From Dendrobates tinctorius (taxonomy: Eukaryota): 64,000 bases of DNA. A program made the translations under genes and the position numbers. The stretch lies in contig NW_027361910.1 of assembly GCF_039654945.1 (NCBI RefSeq), positions 1,550,001-1,614,000 of the forward strand, in the 5' to 3' direction. Numbering within the stretch: the stretch's first letter is position 1; each line of letters opens with the position of its first letter. Below the pieces are notes generated by a model. That model was not told the origin of the DNA. It saw nothing but the letters and a program-made list of their open reading frames with translations, and made no database searches. Of this stretch, positions 25,445 through 37,667 are shown piece by piece.

Positions 25445-26307
25445 GTAAGTGTTACGTTACTCTATTTTTCAATTGTTATCCGGTTCAACTTGCATGAATA
25501 GGTCTTTTTTTCTCTGCCTAGTAGAGAATACTTTGCTTTGGCCTTAGTTTGGTCATTTGTATGGGCTTATCTGCGCCAATATTTGCTGAGGTTATTATTT
25601 GCATTTTCTTTTCAATTTGCACCCAGTTTTATTCACATTAATATGTGGTTTATTCTGCTGAGCAACTAACTGTTTATTTATGTTGCTCTTCGTGAATATG
25701 CCGGCTCACATTGTGGCAATTACTTGTATTTATTTGTAACTTTTGCCACTTTATGTGAGCTCATATGTTTGGTGCAGCTTTTTGTAACCTATTTAATCTA
25801 TTCTCCGTGTGGTGGTTACTGCTCACGGCGTCATGTACATTACACTATATTGGTCCCATTTTTTTCTCAGCTGAGAATTAACATTCTAGTGAATTTATTA
25901 AAATAAATTCTTTGGCAAAAGATATACTCTCTATTACCTCTACTATATAAAATATGGCAGATTCATGAATAAGGCACTCTAGATTATATTTACACTACAT
26001 GGATGTGATTTATCATTGAGTACTTTGAGGGAGTAATGCCCTTTCCACTTGGATTCTTTTCTAGATATCATCTACCATTTATGTCTACCACTGCCTGTTT
26101 TAGCATTGTTGCTCTGCTGTTGTTTTTAATTATTATGCAATAAAATTTATTTTTTATGCTAAAACTCTTTTGGTCCTTAATTTTCACTTAATAGTTGAGA
26201 TATGGCTCTTTGTTGATATATACTGTTTTCTGAGTTATGCTATTACTTATTTCCCATTAACAGGGGATTTTTTTGGTACTTAATGTATATTTTCTGTTTT
26301 ACCACAG
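25445..26307 (+). other. Predicted 5'UTR intron of the PLE (mirrored at 24092-24954)
   Basis: Donor CAT|GTAAGT at 25445; acceptor TTTTCTGTTTTACCACAG| at 26307, 11 nt before the ATG at 26319. Confidence 0.65.
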
Positions 26308-26318
26308 TTTAATTCCCT

Positions 26319-29300
26319 ATGATGGATTTCAAAGCCAGGGAAAAGGTCTGGCAGGATAAAGCATTGGATTTATTCAAACAGAGCTCAATTGCTAATTTTA
26401 ATCATACCCAATATGATGATAAAGGATTAATGATGAAATATAAAAACTTGGTTAATAAAAAAACTAGGATTTGGTGGACTAAAACATCCCTAGATAATTA
26501 TATTAAACAAAAAATCATTCCACGTGGCCTGCGGATACAACTCTATCCAACCTTTAGTCTGGATGATACTGAGTTAATATCTAAATGGGAAAGTGTTTCC
26601 TCAGCATGCTCTATGTCTTTTATGGAGATCATCAATATCAAAAATGCTTCTATTTTGGAAGAATTGGATATTGAGCTGAACAAATTACAAGAAGAGTTGG
26701 TAGCCAAATTGTCAAAAGAGGCCCTGGAAAATTTCTTTCAGGATCTCAATCATGATATGGAGAAATGGGAACAACAGATCAGTAAAAATAAAATGAAAAA
26801 ATATCAACGTGATGTGATGGATTATGATCAGAAAAAAGTCTTTCGTTGGCAAAATAGAATTTCAGTAGAAGATCAGAAACAATCAGAGATAAGAAGTTCA
26901 TCTGTGTCTTCGGTGTCTTCTATATCCAGTAATACCACTTCAACTCACGAAAGGGAATATTATACTCCCAGACGTATTAAAACAAGATATGGTGGTAGGG
27001 GCAGAGGAAGTGCAAGATATCAATCTAACTCTGGTACCAGGAGAAATGATAAACCTAAGGTAATTAATCTATCCTCGCATATTTTATCTAATGAACAGGT
27101 AGAATTGTTAGAAAAAGGTTTATCCTTTTCTCCATCTCAACAATTAGATTCCTTCACGGTCATAAAAGATGTTCACCTGTTCGCGAGAAAACTGATACTA
27201 AAGAGATTCCATGAGAAAAGTACTATGGGATTGTCACTCAATTCTGAGGAAGAGAAAGCTGCTCTGGAAATTTTAGAATCCTTAGCAGAGGAGAGCAACC
27301 CTATGGAAGCGGTGAGTTCTTTTCCCGTTTCCTTGTTTAATAAATCAAAAAAATTTCCTAACCTTAACACATGCTCGGCAGTTGAGACTTTTGTGAGATT
27401 GGTCACTCATGATATAGAGGAACTTAAGAAAAACTATCGCTTTAATCCAACTTTTATGAGTGATAAAAAAGCAATTATGGAAATGCAAGGTTGGAAAGAT
27501 GTAATCTTTAAAAGAGCCGATAAAGGTGGCAATCTTGTTCTTTGGCCACGTGACCTTTATGAAAAACAGGCTCATAAATTATTATCGGACACTAATTGCT
27601 ATAAAAAATTGACTTTCAGTCCTCTTCCTGCATATCATAAAGAACTAAATGATATTCTGTTAGAGGCACATGAGAAGGGTATTATCCCCAAATCACTTTT
27701 GGAATTTGTTGAATCTTTAAAACCTAAACTGCCCACTTTATATTTAATCCCAAAAATACATAAGAACATTGAGGATCCGCCCGGCCGTCCTATCGTGTCC
27801 GGAAAGGAAGGACTTAGTGAACTGATATGTCAGATAGTAGATTACTATCTGAAGCCCTTGGTGACCACTCTACCCTCCCATATTCTTGATACAACTGCGG
27901 CTCTACGGAGGTTAGACCAGCTACATCTGGGAGATGATATGATCCTTGTCACGGCTGATGTGGAGGCGTTATACACCTCCATTCGCCATGACCAGGGACT
28001 TAGAGCTACCTCCTGGTTTTTGAGAAATAGTAATTTGGACCCCCTTTTGGCAGCCCTTATAATTATTCTGTTAGAATTTATTCTGACGCACAACTGTTTT
28101 TTATTTAAAGAACAAGTATTTTTGCAAACTCAAGGTACAGCCATGGGGGCGGCTTGTGCTCCGGCTTATGCCAATTTATTTTTGGGTTTTTGGGAGAGGG
28201 AAATCTTTCAGTGTTCTCCTGTTACCAATATTGAAAAGGCCCACAATTGGATGAGATACATAGATGATGTGATGTTTGTATGGGAGGGCCCGTTGGATGA
28301 ATTAAAAACATTCATGTCTGCATTGAATGATAACGATCTGAACATAAAACTCACTTATTCCTATGGGAAGAGAGTTAGTTTTTTGGACATCGATATTTCA
28401 GTCAATGATGATGGATCTGTATCGACTGATATATATAGAAAACCTACGGCCACTAATTCAATTCTACACGCTAAGTCCTCTCATCTAAAATCCACTATAC
28501 GCTCAATTCCAGTGGGGCAGTTTTTGCGAGCAAAGAGGATTTGCTCTTCGGAAAAGACATACCAAAATCAAGCTGCAGATTTATATTCCAGATTTAGAGA
28601 AAGAGGATATGGTCATAGGCAAATTCGTAGAGCTTATAATAGAGTACAAGAAATCCCTAGGGATCAATTGCTATACAAGAGAAATTCCAAACCTAGGGAT
28701 AATAATCAAGTTCGTCTAATTACCCCGTTTAATGATCAATGGGATAACTTTACTGGTATAATCAATAAACACTGGCATGTGTTACAAATAGATCCTATTT
28801 TGAAAAAGACATTGCCATCTAGACCTTGTATTACAGCCAAAAGATCTAAAAATCTTTCTGATCTACTTGTAAGGAGTCATCTAACCTCCAACGAAAAAGT
28901 ACAAAAGGGTATTTTTGGTGAACTCCAAGGATTTTACCCTTGTCGAACTTGTAAAGCATGTTCTAATACACTTAAAATGAATACATTTCAAAATTCAGAT
29001 CATTCCAAGACCTTTTCAATCAGAAAATGCCTTACCTGTTCATCTAAGGGTGTGATATATTATGCAAGTTGTTCTTGCAAAAAGATTTACATAGGAATGA
29101 CTACAAGAGAGCTTAGAATTAGAATTCGCGAGCATGTTCGAGATATCGAAAAATCTAAGGAGGCTAAGGATCTGGACCAATTGAAGACATTACCGAGGCA
29201 TTTTCGTGCATTTCATCATTCTCGTGCTGATGATCTTCGTGTTTTTGCAATTGATCAGGTATCGTTGGGTACGAGGGGTGGAAATTTATTTCAAACTCTT

Positions 29301-29390
29301 TCACAGGTAGAAAGCAGATGGATCTATAGGCTTAACACGATGATACCAGTGGGTTTAAATGAGAATAATGGTTTTGGATCCTTTTTATAA
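26319..29390 (+). CDS. PLE reverse transcriptase / GIY-YIG endonuclease, 1023 aa (Neptune-type)
   Basis: Translation identical to 21009-24080. Confidence 0.97.
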   Translation: MMDFKAREKVWQDKALDLFKQSSIANFNHTQYDDKGLMMKYKNLVNKKTRIWWTKTSLDNYIKQKIIPRGLRIQLYPTFSLDDTELISKWESVSSACSMSFMEIINIKNASILEELDIELNKLQEELVAKLSKEALENFFQDLNHDMEKWEQQISKNKMKKYQRDVMDYDQKKVFRWQNRISVEDQKQSEIRSSSVSSVSSISSNTTSTHEREYYTPRRIKTRYGGRGRGSARYQSNSGTRRNDKPKVINLSSHILSNEQVELLEKGLSFSPSQQLDSFTVIKDVHLFARKLILKRFHEKSTMGLSLNSEEEKAALEILESLAEESNPMEAVSSFPVSLFNKSKKFPNLNTCSAVETFVRLVTHDIEELKKNYRFNPTFMSDKKAIMEMQGWKDVIFKRADKGGNLVLWPRDLYEKQAHKLLSDTNCYKKLTFSPLPAYHKELNDILLEAHEKGIIPKSLLEFVESLKPKLPTLYLIPKIHKNIEDPPGRPIVSGKEGLSELICQIVDYYLKPLVTTLPSHILDTTAALRRLDQLHLGDDMILVTADVEALYTSIRHDQGLRATSWFLRNSNLDPLLAALIIILLEFILTHNCFLFKEQVFLQTQGTAMGAACAPAYANLFLGFWEREIFQCSPVTNIEKAHNWMRYIDDVMFVWEGPLDELKTFMSALNDNDLNIKLTYSYGKRVSFLDIDISVNDDGSVSTDIYRKPTATNSILHAKSSHLKSTIRSIPVGQFLRAKRICSSEKTYQNQAADLYSRFRERGYGHRQIRRAYNRVQEIPRDQLLYKRNSKPRDNNQVRLITPFNDQWDNFTGIINKHWHVLQIDPILKKTLPSRPCITAKRSKNLSDLLVRSHLTSNEKVQKGIFGELQGFYPCRTCKACSNTLKMNTFQNSDHSKTFSIRKCLTCSSKGVIYYASCSCKKIYIGMTTRELRIRIREHVRDIEKSKEAKDLDQLKTLPRHFRAFHHSRADDLRVFAIDQVSLGTRGGNLFQTLSQVESRWIYRLNTMIPVGLNENNGFGSFL

Positions 29391-30264
29391 TATAAATAAA
29401 ATTTCTCATATTGTGTATACATGGTTTTTATTTTTTGCTTCGGTTTTTAATATTTTTTTTATTCTTATTATTTTTAGTTTCCATTCCATTCGATTTACCT
29501 CATTCAGTCTGCTCTTGGTTGTGGATCTTGTTTATTACACAGAAAATGAAGCGTATCTCACTCACAAAGAAGAAGACTTTGGGATATTTGTCCTCATTGA
29601 TTGAGTGAATGAACATTGGGGATATTATTAATATTATTATATTCTATGTATTTTATTATTGTTCACCAATACTGTTAGTTACATATTCTGTACAATTTAT
29701 TTGGTACTTATTTATCACTATCATTATTGTTAGGTAGCATCTTTTTGTCCCCATTATTTTGGGATTGATTATTGGGGATATTATCGATATTATTTTCTGT
29801 ATTTTATTCACCAAATCACTTGTCTCATTTTCTGCATAATCCATTTGGCACTAGTATCCAATTTTTTGTTTTTATTCCATACACTTTATCATTTTTTCAG
29901 TAATATTTTTACAAATGTTGCTCACATTTTGATCATATCTTTTTCTTTTGTTTTTTTGTCTGATTGGTACGCATGCCCAGGATTTTCCCTACTTGAGATC
30001 TCCTGACACGCTCACCAGGTGCGCTTGTGGTGTTCTGCTGCTTATGCAGCGGTATCCATTTGCTCCCTATGAGCGCTGAAGGAGGATCTCTGATTTACTG
30101 AGTCGGGATACATCAGCGCATGCGTCACTTACTTTCAGACTTCTGAATGGGGAGTCTTGTGGTCTGGCATTGCGCATGTGCTCAATCGGGATGACACCTG
30201 TTGCGCGATGTGGTTTATTGCCTATTGACCCTATATATATCAATTCCGGGGCTAGTGTGAGTTA

Positions 30265-30304
30265 CGCCTCCTGAGGAAGCCAAGGCGCAACGCGCGTAGA
30301 GGCG
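30265..30304 (+). ncRNA. Hammerhead ribozyme motif (GCAA core variant), right 3' pLTR
   Basis: Identical to 25375-25414. Confidence 0.75.
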
Positions 30305-31115
30305 GCAGGCAGTGGCAGCACATAGTCACTTCATGTAAGTGTTACGTTACTCTATTTTTCAATTGTTATCCGGTTCAACTTGCATGAATAGGTCTTTTTT
30401 TCTCTGCCTAGTAGAGAATACTTTGCTTTGGCCTTAGTTTGGTCATTTGTATGGGCTTATCTGCGCCAATATTTGCTGAGGTTATTATTTGCATTTTCTT
30501 TTCAATTTGCACCCAGTTTTATTCACATTAATATGTGGTTTATTCTGCTGAGCAACTAACTGTTTATTTATGTTGCTCTTCGTGAATATGCCGGCTCACA
30601 TTGTGGCAATTACTTGTATTTATTTGTAACTTTTGCCACTTTATGTGAGCTCATATGTTTGGTGCAGCTTTTTGTAACCTATTTAATCTATTCTCCGTGT
30701 GGTGGTTACTGCTCACGGCGTCATGTACATTACACTATATTGGTCCCATTTTTTTCTCAGCTGAGAATTAACATTCTAGTGAATTTATTAAAATAAATTC
30801 TTTGGCAAAAGATATACTCTCTATTACCTCTACTATATAAAATATGGCAGATTCATGAATAAGGCACTCTAGATTATATTTACACTACATGGATGTGATT
30901 TATCATTGAGTACTTTGAGGGAGTAATGCCCTTTCCACTTGGATTCTTTTCTAGATATCATCTACCATTTATGTCTACCACTGCCTGTTTTAGCATTGTT
31001 GCTCTGCTGTTGTTTTTAATTATTATGCAATAAAATTTATTTTTTATGCTAAAACTCTTTTGGTCCTTAATTTTCACTTAATAGTTGAGATATGGCTCTT
31101 TGTTGATATATGAAG

Positions 31116-34100
31116 GAATCATAGAATCATAGAATCGTAGTGTTGGAAGGGACCTCCTGGGCCATCTGGTCCAACCCCCTGCTCAAAACAGGATTCGCTA
31201 AATCATCCCAGACAGATGTCTGTCCAGCCTCTGTTTGAAGACTTCTATTGAAGGAGAACGCACCACCTCTCGTGGCAGTCTGTTCCACTCATTGATCACT
31301 CTAACTGTCAAAAGGTTTTTTCTAATATCTAATCTGTGTCTCCTCCCATTCAGTTTCATCCCTTTGCTTCTAGTCTTTCCTTGTGCAAATGAGAATAAAA
31401 ATGATCCTTCTACAATGTGACAGCCCTTGAGCTATTTGTAGACAGCTATTAAGTCTCCTCTCTGTCTTCTCTTTTGCAAGCTAAACATTCCCAAATCCTG
31501 CAACCTTTCCTCATAAGACAGGGTTTGCAGACTGGTCACCATTCTGGTCGCTCTTTTCTGAATTTGCTCCAGTTTGTTGATGTCTTTTTTAAAATGTGGC
31601 ACCCAAAACTGGACACAGTATTCCAGATGAGGTCTGACCAAAGAGGAGTAGAGGGCAATAATGACTTCACGTGATCTAGACTGTATGCTTCTGTTAATAC
31701 ATCCTAGAATTGCATTTGCCTTTTTTGCTGCTGCATCACACTGCTGACTCATATTCAGTCTGTGATCTATTAGTATACCCAAGTCTTTTTCACATGTGCT
31801 GTTGCTTAGCCCTATTACTCCCATTCTGTATATGCTTTTTTCATTTTTATTGCCCAGATGTAGTACTTTGCATTTTTCCCTGTTAAAAACCATTCTGTTA
31901 GTTGCTGCCCACTGCTCCAGTTTATTTATATCTTTTTGAATCCTCTCCCTCTCTTCTCTAGTATTAGCTATCCCTCCTAGCTTTGTGTCATCAGCAAATT
32001 TAATCTTTTTGAATCCTCTCTCTTTCTTCTCTAGTATTAGCTATCCCTCCTAGCTTTGTGTCATCAGCAAATTTAATCAGTTTACCCCTAATTCCTTCAT
32101 CTAAATCGTTGATAAAGATGTTGAACAATACAGGGCCCAGGACAGAACCCTGTGGTACCCCACTTGAGACATTCTTCCTACTGGATGTGCAGCCATTTAC
32201 GACCACTCTTTTGGTCCGATCACTAAGCCAGTTATGATTCCACCTAACAGTTGCCTTGTCCATTCCATACTTAGTCATTTTTTCAATAAGGATTGTGTGA
32301 GATACTTTGTCAAATGCTTTGCTGAAGTCAAGATATACTATATCTACAGCATTTCCCTGATCCACCAATCAGTGATTCTGTCATAGAAGGAAATTAAGTT
32401 AGTCTGACATGACTTATTAGTTACAAACCCATGCTGACTCTGTTTAATCACTTCATTCTTATCTAGGTACTTACATACATGTTGTTTAATAATTTGTTCA
32501 AAGATCTTTCCTGGTATAGACGTCAGACTCACCGGCCTATAGTTGCCTGGGTCCACCTTCTTCCCCTTTTTGAAGATAGGAACAACATTTACTCTTCTCA
32601 AGTCTTCTGGGACTTCTCCTGATGTCCAAGAATTTTCAAAGATTATGGAGAGGGGTTCAAAAATTTCTTCTGCTATCTCCTTCAGCACTCTGGGGTGTAA
32701 TTCATCTGGACCTGGAGACTTGAATTCATTTAGGTTAGCTAAGTGTTTCCTCACTATCTTTCTGTTTATAGATATCCTGGATTCTTTTATTCCCTTAATA
32801 GGACAGTGAAGAACAGTTGATGTTACATTTCCTTTCTGAGAGTAAACAGATGCAAAATAGGAATTTAAAAGTTCGTCCATCTCAATATCCTGGCTTACCA
32901 TTTCATCATTTTCATCCTGTAAAAATCCTATAGTATCTTTGACTTTTCTTTTACTTTTGACATATCCCCAAAATCCTTCATTATTGCTTTTGACATCTCT
33001 TGCAAGCCTCAATTCATTGTCAGCTTTAATAATCTGATTTGTGCCCTGCAGGTTCTGCAGACAGCATTATATTCTTCTTTAGATATGCCTCCCTCTTTCC
33101 ATTTTATAAACATTTCTTTCTTCCTTTTTAGCATGTGCTTGTTCTGTGTTCATCCATCCTGGTTTCCTTAAATGCTTCCTATTCTTCCCTCTTTTCGGAA
33201 TTGTTAACAACTGTGCTTTAAGAATTTCATTTTTCAAGATTTCCCATCCTTCCTGTACATTTTTGTCTTTAAGGATATCCAGCCATTGGATCCCTTCAAT
33301 TCTCTTTCTGAGTCCCTTAAAATCTGCCTTTCAGAAATCTAACCTTGACGTCTGAGTCTTCACAGGTCTTCCTCCTCTAGTTATCCAAAATTCTAAAATA
33401 GCATGGTCGCTACCTCCTAGGGTCCCAGCCATTTTTACCTCCTCAACCATTTCCTCCCTGTTTATAAGGATTAGATCCAAGGTAGCAGTTCCCCTTGTTT
33501 TCTCCCCTACCTTTTGGAAGATAAAGTTGTCAGCAAGAGAGAATAAGAATTTCCTTGACCTGTTAGTTTTGCCTGAGAGAGATTCCCAACAAAGGTCTGG
33601 ATAGTTGAAATCTCCCATGACAACTATGTCATATTTTTTGAAGAACTTGGCCATTTGATGCATAAAGAGTTCATCCATACTTCAGCTTGCACAGGCGGTC
33701 TGTAGTAAATGCCTACAATGGTGTCCTTTCCATTGTTCTGTCCTTGTATTCTTACCCAAACAGTTTCCACAGAACTCCCAGTCTCTGAAGCTTCAATCTC
33801 TGTGCAGTTATATGCGTTTCTAACATACAATGCGACACCTCCTCCTCGTTTATCAAGTCTGTTTCTGGCAAATAAGTTGTATCCTTCTAGCCTTGTATTC
33901 CAATCATGTGTATTGTCCCACCAAGTTTCAGTGATTCCAATGACATCATATTTCTTTTCCTGTGTTAGTAGTTCCAATTCTCCTTGTTTGTTGCCCATGC
34001 TTTGTGCATTAGTATAGAAACATTTTAGTTTGTGATTGGCTTCTCTTTCTCCAATATTTGTATTAATTTGATTATTTTGTCTTTGTTCTTCCTTTCCACT

Positions 34101-34455
34101 TCTAATAGCAGAGTTCTCAATAACATTTATCAGGTGTATGGCTTTTTCTGGCCTTTTGCTTCCCTTCCCACATTGTTCTAGTTTAAAGCTCTCCTGATGA
34201 CTGTAGCAAGGCGACTTCCAAATACATGTTTTCCAGTCTTCGTAAGGTGCACCCCATCTCTAGCAAGTAGTCCATCGTTTAGGTAATTCACTCCGTGATC
34301 CAGAAATCCAAATCCTTGCTGACGGCACCATCGACGTTGCCAGTTGTTCACCTGCAGAATCTTATTCCACCTCCTTGTTCCATGGCCATCCACTGGGAGG
34401 ATGGAAGAGAAGACTACCTGTGCTCCCAGTTCTTTCACTTTCTTTCCTAAGTTTG
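31116..34455 (-). mobile_element. CR1 LINE: end of ORF1 (SGNH esterase-like) plus frameshifted ORF2 (APE + RT)
   Basis: [39 protein letters not shown]; ORF1 DGVHL; (ATTCTATG)n tail; ~73-bp internal tandem duplication near 31930-32075. Confidence 0.93.
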
Positions 34456-35589
34456 AAAGTATGAAAAGTAATGTGCCCATTTCAATGAGAAGGATGTATC
34501 TATAAAAATGAAATGAAACTATGTGCTATATGGTATATAAGACTGTTACTATTAGGGCCCAAAATCACAATAACCTGTGAAATGTTGGGTAAGTAAAGGA
34601 GAAAGGAATCACTAGAATGCCATGTGGGAACTGTCAGAGAAGAGCATTGACAGAAGGCGATTTGAATCATTTTAGAAAGGTGCTATGGTGTAATGGCATT
34701 CATGTAGCTTCCACATTTAGTTTGGATGTCTCACCTATTGACAAGAATTATAACTTTTTCTAATTCTTTCTCTGTTTGGACAGGCCTCCTTTGCGATATA
34801 GTTTTTTGGGACCGCTCTTCAGATCCCTTATGATATATTTTTTTTACCTCTCTGAACTTATTGTTATAATCTGCACTTTTGGAGGATATATTCTTCATAG
34901 TTTTGAAAAATTATTTTGATGCGTTTAATGTAGTTGTATCTTGCATTGTTAATCTCATCAGGAATGGCGTATCTCACACTGGCAATCCCTAAGTGCCAGA
35001 GGAGAGCATATATATCAGCGGGGAATGGTGAACACTGAGCAGCTGTGATAACCCAGGTAGGAAAGCTCCATGGAGCATCGACAGAACAGATTAAGCCTTG
35101 CACTGCTAGAAAGGAAAAAACCTGCACTTTAGAATGGTGAAGAACTTCTAACCAGCGCAGGTGTTCATGAATCCAGACATCGCACTTCTCTGGCCCTTCT
35201 CTGTGATGGTATTCCCATCACAGCAATTCTGGGGAAAGCAACTGAGCACAAAGTAAACTACATCAATAAGGTGTCTCTCAGGCAAAGATTTGAGAGCAGA
35301 CTCGGGTTTTAAGGTGTGCGGTTTAAACTCTCTTGAAGAAGCACCAAAAATGCAACATATTGAGGTTTGTAGGCAACAAAATCTTAGTTCAGCAAATGGA
35401 AGACACATCATACTTACCACCATTCATAATGAGAAGATGTCCAGCTGAGTCAGCAGCTGAAAACTAGCTGCAACAAAAGGTATCCAGCTACTCCCCTCAA
35501 CTATTTGGTCTTCATGGAAACATTGATACCAAAAGCCATATCTTCAACACGAAAACCAAGCTAATCGACTCAGATATGCATGAAAAGAT

Positions 35590-36020
35590 AACCCTAATTC
35601 CCAAGAAGTTTTGACACTGTGTAAAATGGAGAGAAAACAATAATACAATGATTTGGAAATCTCTTATAGCCATATTTATTGTACAACAGAACATAGAATA
35701 CAGATCAGAAGTTAAAAGACATTTTCCACTTTATTTAAAAAAATATCTAATTTAGAAATTGATGGCAGCAACACATCTCAAAAAAGTTGGGACAGGGTCA
35801 TGTCTACCATTGTTTAGCATCTTCTCTTCTTTTTGCAATAGTCTGTAATTGTGTAGGAAGTGAGAACAATTGCTGGAGTTTGGGGGAAAATAATTTGGTC
35901 CTATTCTTATCTGATGTAGGTTTCTAGCTGCTCAACAGTCCTGGGTCTACTTTGCTTGGAATTTCATAATGAGCCAAATGTTTTCTATTGGTGAAAGGTC
36001 AAAACTGCAGACATGTCAGT
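35590..36020. mobile_element. Degenerate Tc1-like end
   Basis: AACCCTAATTCCCAAGAAGTTTTGAC followed ~190 bp later by the inner repeat CTCAAAAAAGTTGGGAC. Confidence 0.5.
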
Positions 36021-36922
36021 TAATCACCCAAACATCAAGAGAAATAACAATTCTGTTTCATATTTGTGTTGCATTGAGCTATTTTTCTGTTATGACTCTG
36101 AAATATTCATGGACAGATTGACTATTGCAAATGCAAAATTGGGTGTTTCCCTAACCTGTCTAACATTGTCAGCACTGTTTGGACATTTTGAGACTTAGAA
36201 GAGAAACAACACGAGCTAGTAACATACCAGTATCAATGTATTTAAATGTTTTTAGGAATAGTAAAAGAAAATGCATAATAGTTTTAAGAAAAACTGCCCC
36301 AGCATTCGTATTTCATTATTTCTAGAAGACAAGTGGTCTTCTAGAGGGGCAGTCTTCCAATGTAATATATGGTGGCACTGAAAATCTGTCACAAGAAATC
36401 TGGTCTGGATGAGGGGTGATCTTCTCAAAATGGTGATTCCACTGTATTTACTAAAATAGACATGTCAAGAAGGCAGTCAGTTCTTCTTTAAATCAAAAAG
36501 TGCCCTAGTCTGAGGTCGAATTAGATAATTTCTTTATTATTTAAAGCAGAATAAATACCTGTACATTCATGTACATCTGATCTGGTGAAAACGTGAATGC
36601 TGTGCGACACTATATCTCTCCTTGTGTTTTTTTCTAAGTCTTAATTGTTTTCCATTTCAGAGTGATAAAAAAAGCTCAAAATTACTAAATTGCCACAGTA
36701 CTTTTCATTTCTATGATGTGTGAAAACACCTGTGATCTTTATATAGTGTAACTATATTTGGATGTCATAACTGGAATGAAAAAAGTACTTTGTAAACTGT
36801 AAATAAAACAGTATGTTTAGATTTTGTGTAGACTAGAGTCTGCATAGAGTTCAATGAAAACGGACATTTTATTTAACTATTTTTGCTGTTATTATTTTAG
36901 AATATTCTTACACCCATAAAAC

Positions 36923-37061
36923 NNNNNNNNNNNNNNNNNNNNNNNNNNNNNNNNNNNNNNNNNNNNNNNNNNNNNNNNNNNNNNNNNNNNNNNNNNNNNN
37001 NNNNNNNNNNNNNNNNNNNNNNNNNNNNNNNNNNNNNNNNNNNNNNNNNNNNNNNNNNNNN
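36923..37061. other. Assembly gap
   Basis: Run of N. Confidence 1.
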
Positions 37062-37667
37062 CAAGGGAAAGAGAAAATGCTGCTGCCAGACTCCATTGGT
37101 GATGGCCTACCTCCTCTGGAAATAAAAGTATGACAATCTGTAAAATTAGAGATGGGACACATATTTACACTTTAGATATTTGGTCACTCCCGCTAAAATC
37201 TGTAGGGTAGGCCAACAATAATCCAATGTGTTCAGCCATACAAGGGTGTATCTTGACTGTATGTAAATCACTAGCAGGCAGCAGTAAGACTGGTCATCAT
37301 AAAGGTAAAAGGGTGGTCCAGTTAGCTGGTCTACCAAATTTCTACCTAGCTTCAAGTAGGTACTGGTTTGATAATAGAACATCCACAGCTTGGCTTCATA
37401 TTGAAAATGACACCAATAATCCACTTTTAGCTAAAGATATTTTTTTCAGTTTCCTATTTCAGAAACCAACCAGGGAACCTTCCCACCCCATTTTTAGGGC
37501 TATGATACATGCTTTGATGATTCTTGCCAAACCCCCAAAACTTTAGTAGGTTATGAAATTCCCTCTTTCTCTATTAATTATGATATATAATATCCCACTG
37601 TCAGATTCCTGGATCAAATCAGGCATCAAAAGGATTGGAAACATTTATGATGGGACTAAATTCCTCA
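37062..37667 (+). mobile_element. Degenerate L1-like ORF2 3' fragment, probably continuing at ~42001-42450
   Basis: WIKSGIKRIGNIYDGTKFL-type post-RT motif near 37610; heavily decayed. Confidence 0.35.

Larger units (their letters stand above)
25172..31109 (+). mobile_element. Full-length Penelope-like element, right arm (pLTRs ~25172-26221 and ~30062-31111)
   Basis: Intact ORF between direct repeats 4890 bp apart. The whole pair is flanked by ATGAAGGAATCATA (19214-19227 and 31110-31123). Confidence 0.97.
18770..34965. mobile_element. Old Penelope-like pLTR remnant with diverged inverted arms (~18955-19218 and ~34699-34968), interrupted by CR1 and the young PLE pair
   Basis: Arms are recognisable reverse complements (TTCATGTAGCTTCCACATTTAGTTTGGATG... 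TGTATCTTGCATTGTTAATC); hammerhead motif at 18835-18875. Confidence 0.65.
18472..35221 (-). mobile_element. Probable 5' LTR of the Gypsy element, split into ~18472-18770 and ~34966-35221 by ~16 kb of nested insertions
   Basis: TGTCAC start abuts the gag 5' region. LTR-like sequence resumes after the old PLE arm and ends CATCACA. Confidence 0.45.

Noticed and set aside
19603-30796. 60-aa ORF repeated four times and other short hydrophobic ORFs in the PLE UTRs
   Set aside because: Non-ATG starts in AT-rich pLTR/intron sequence; the repetition only reflects the pLTR copies.
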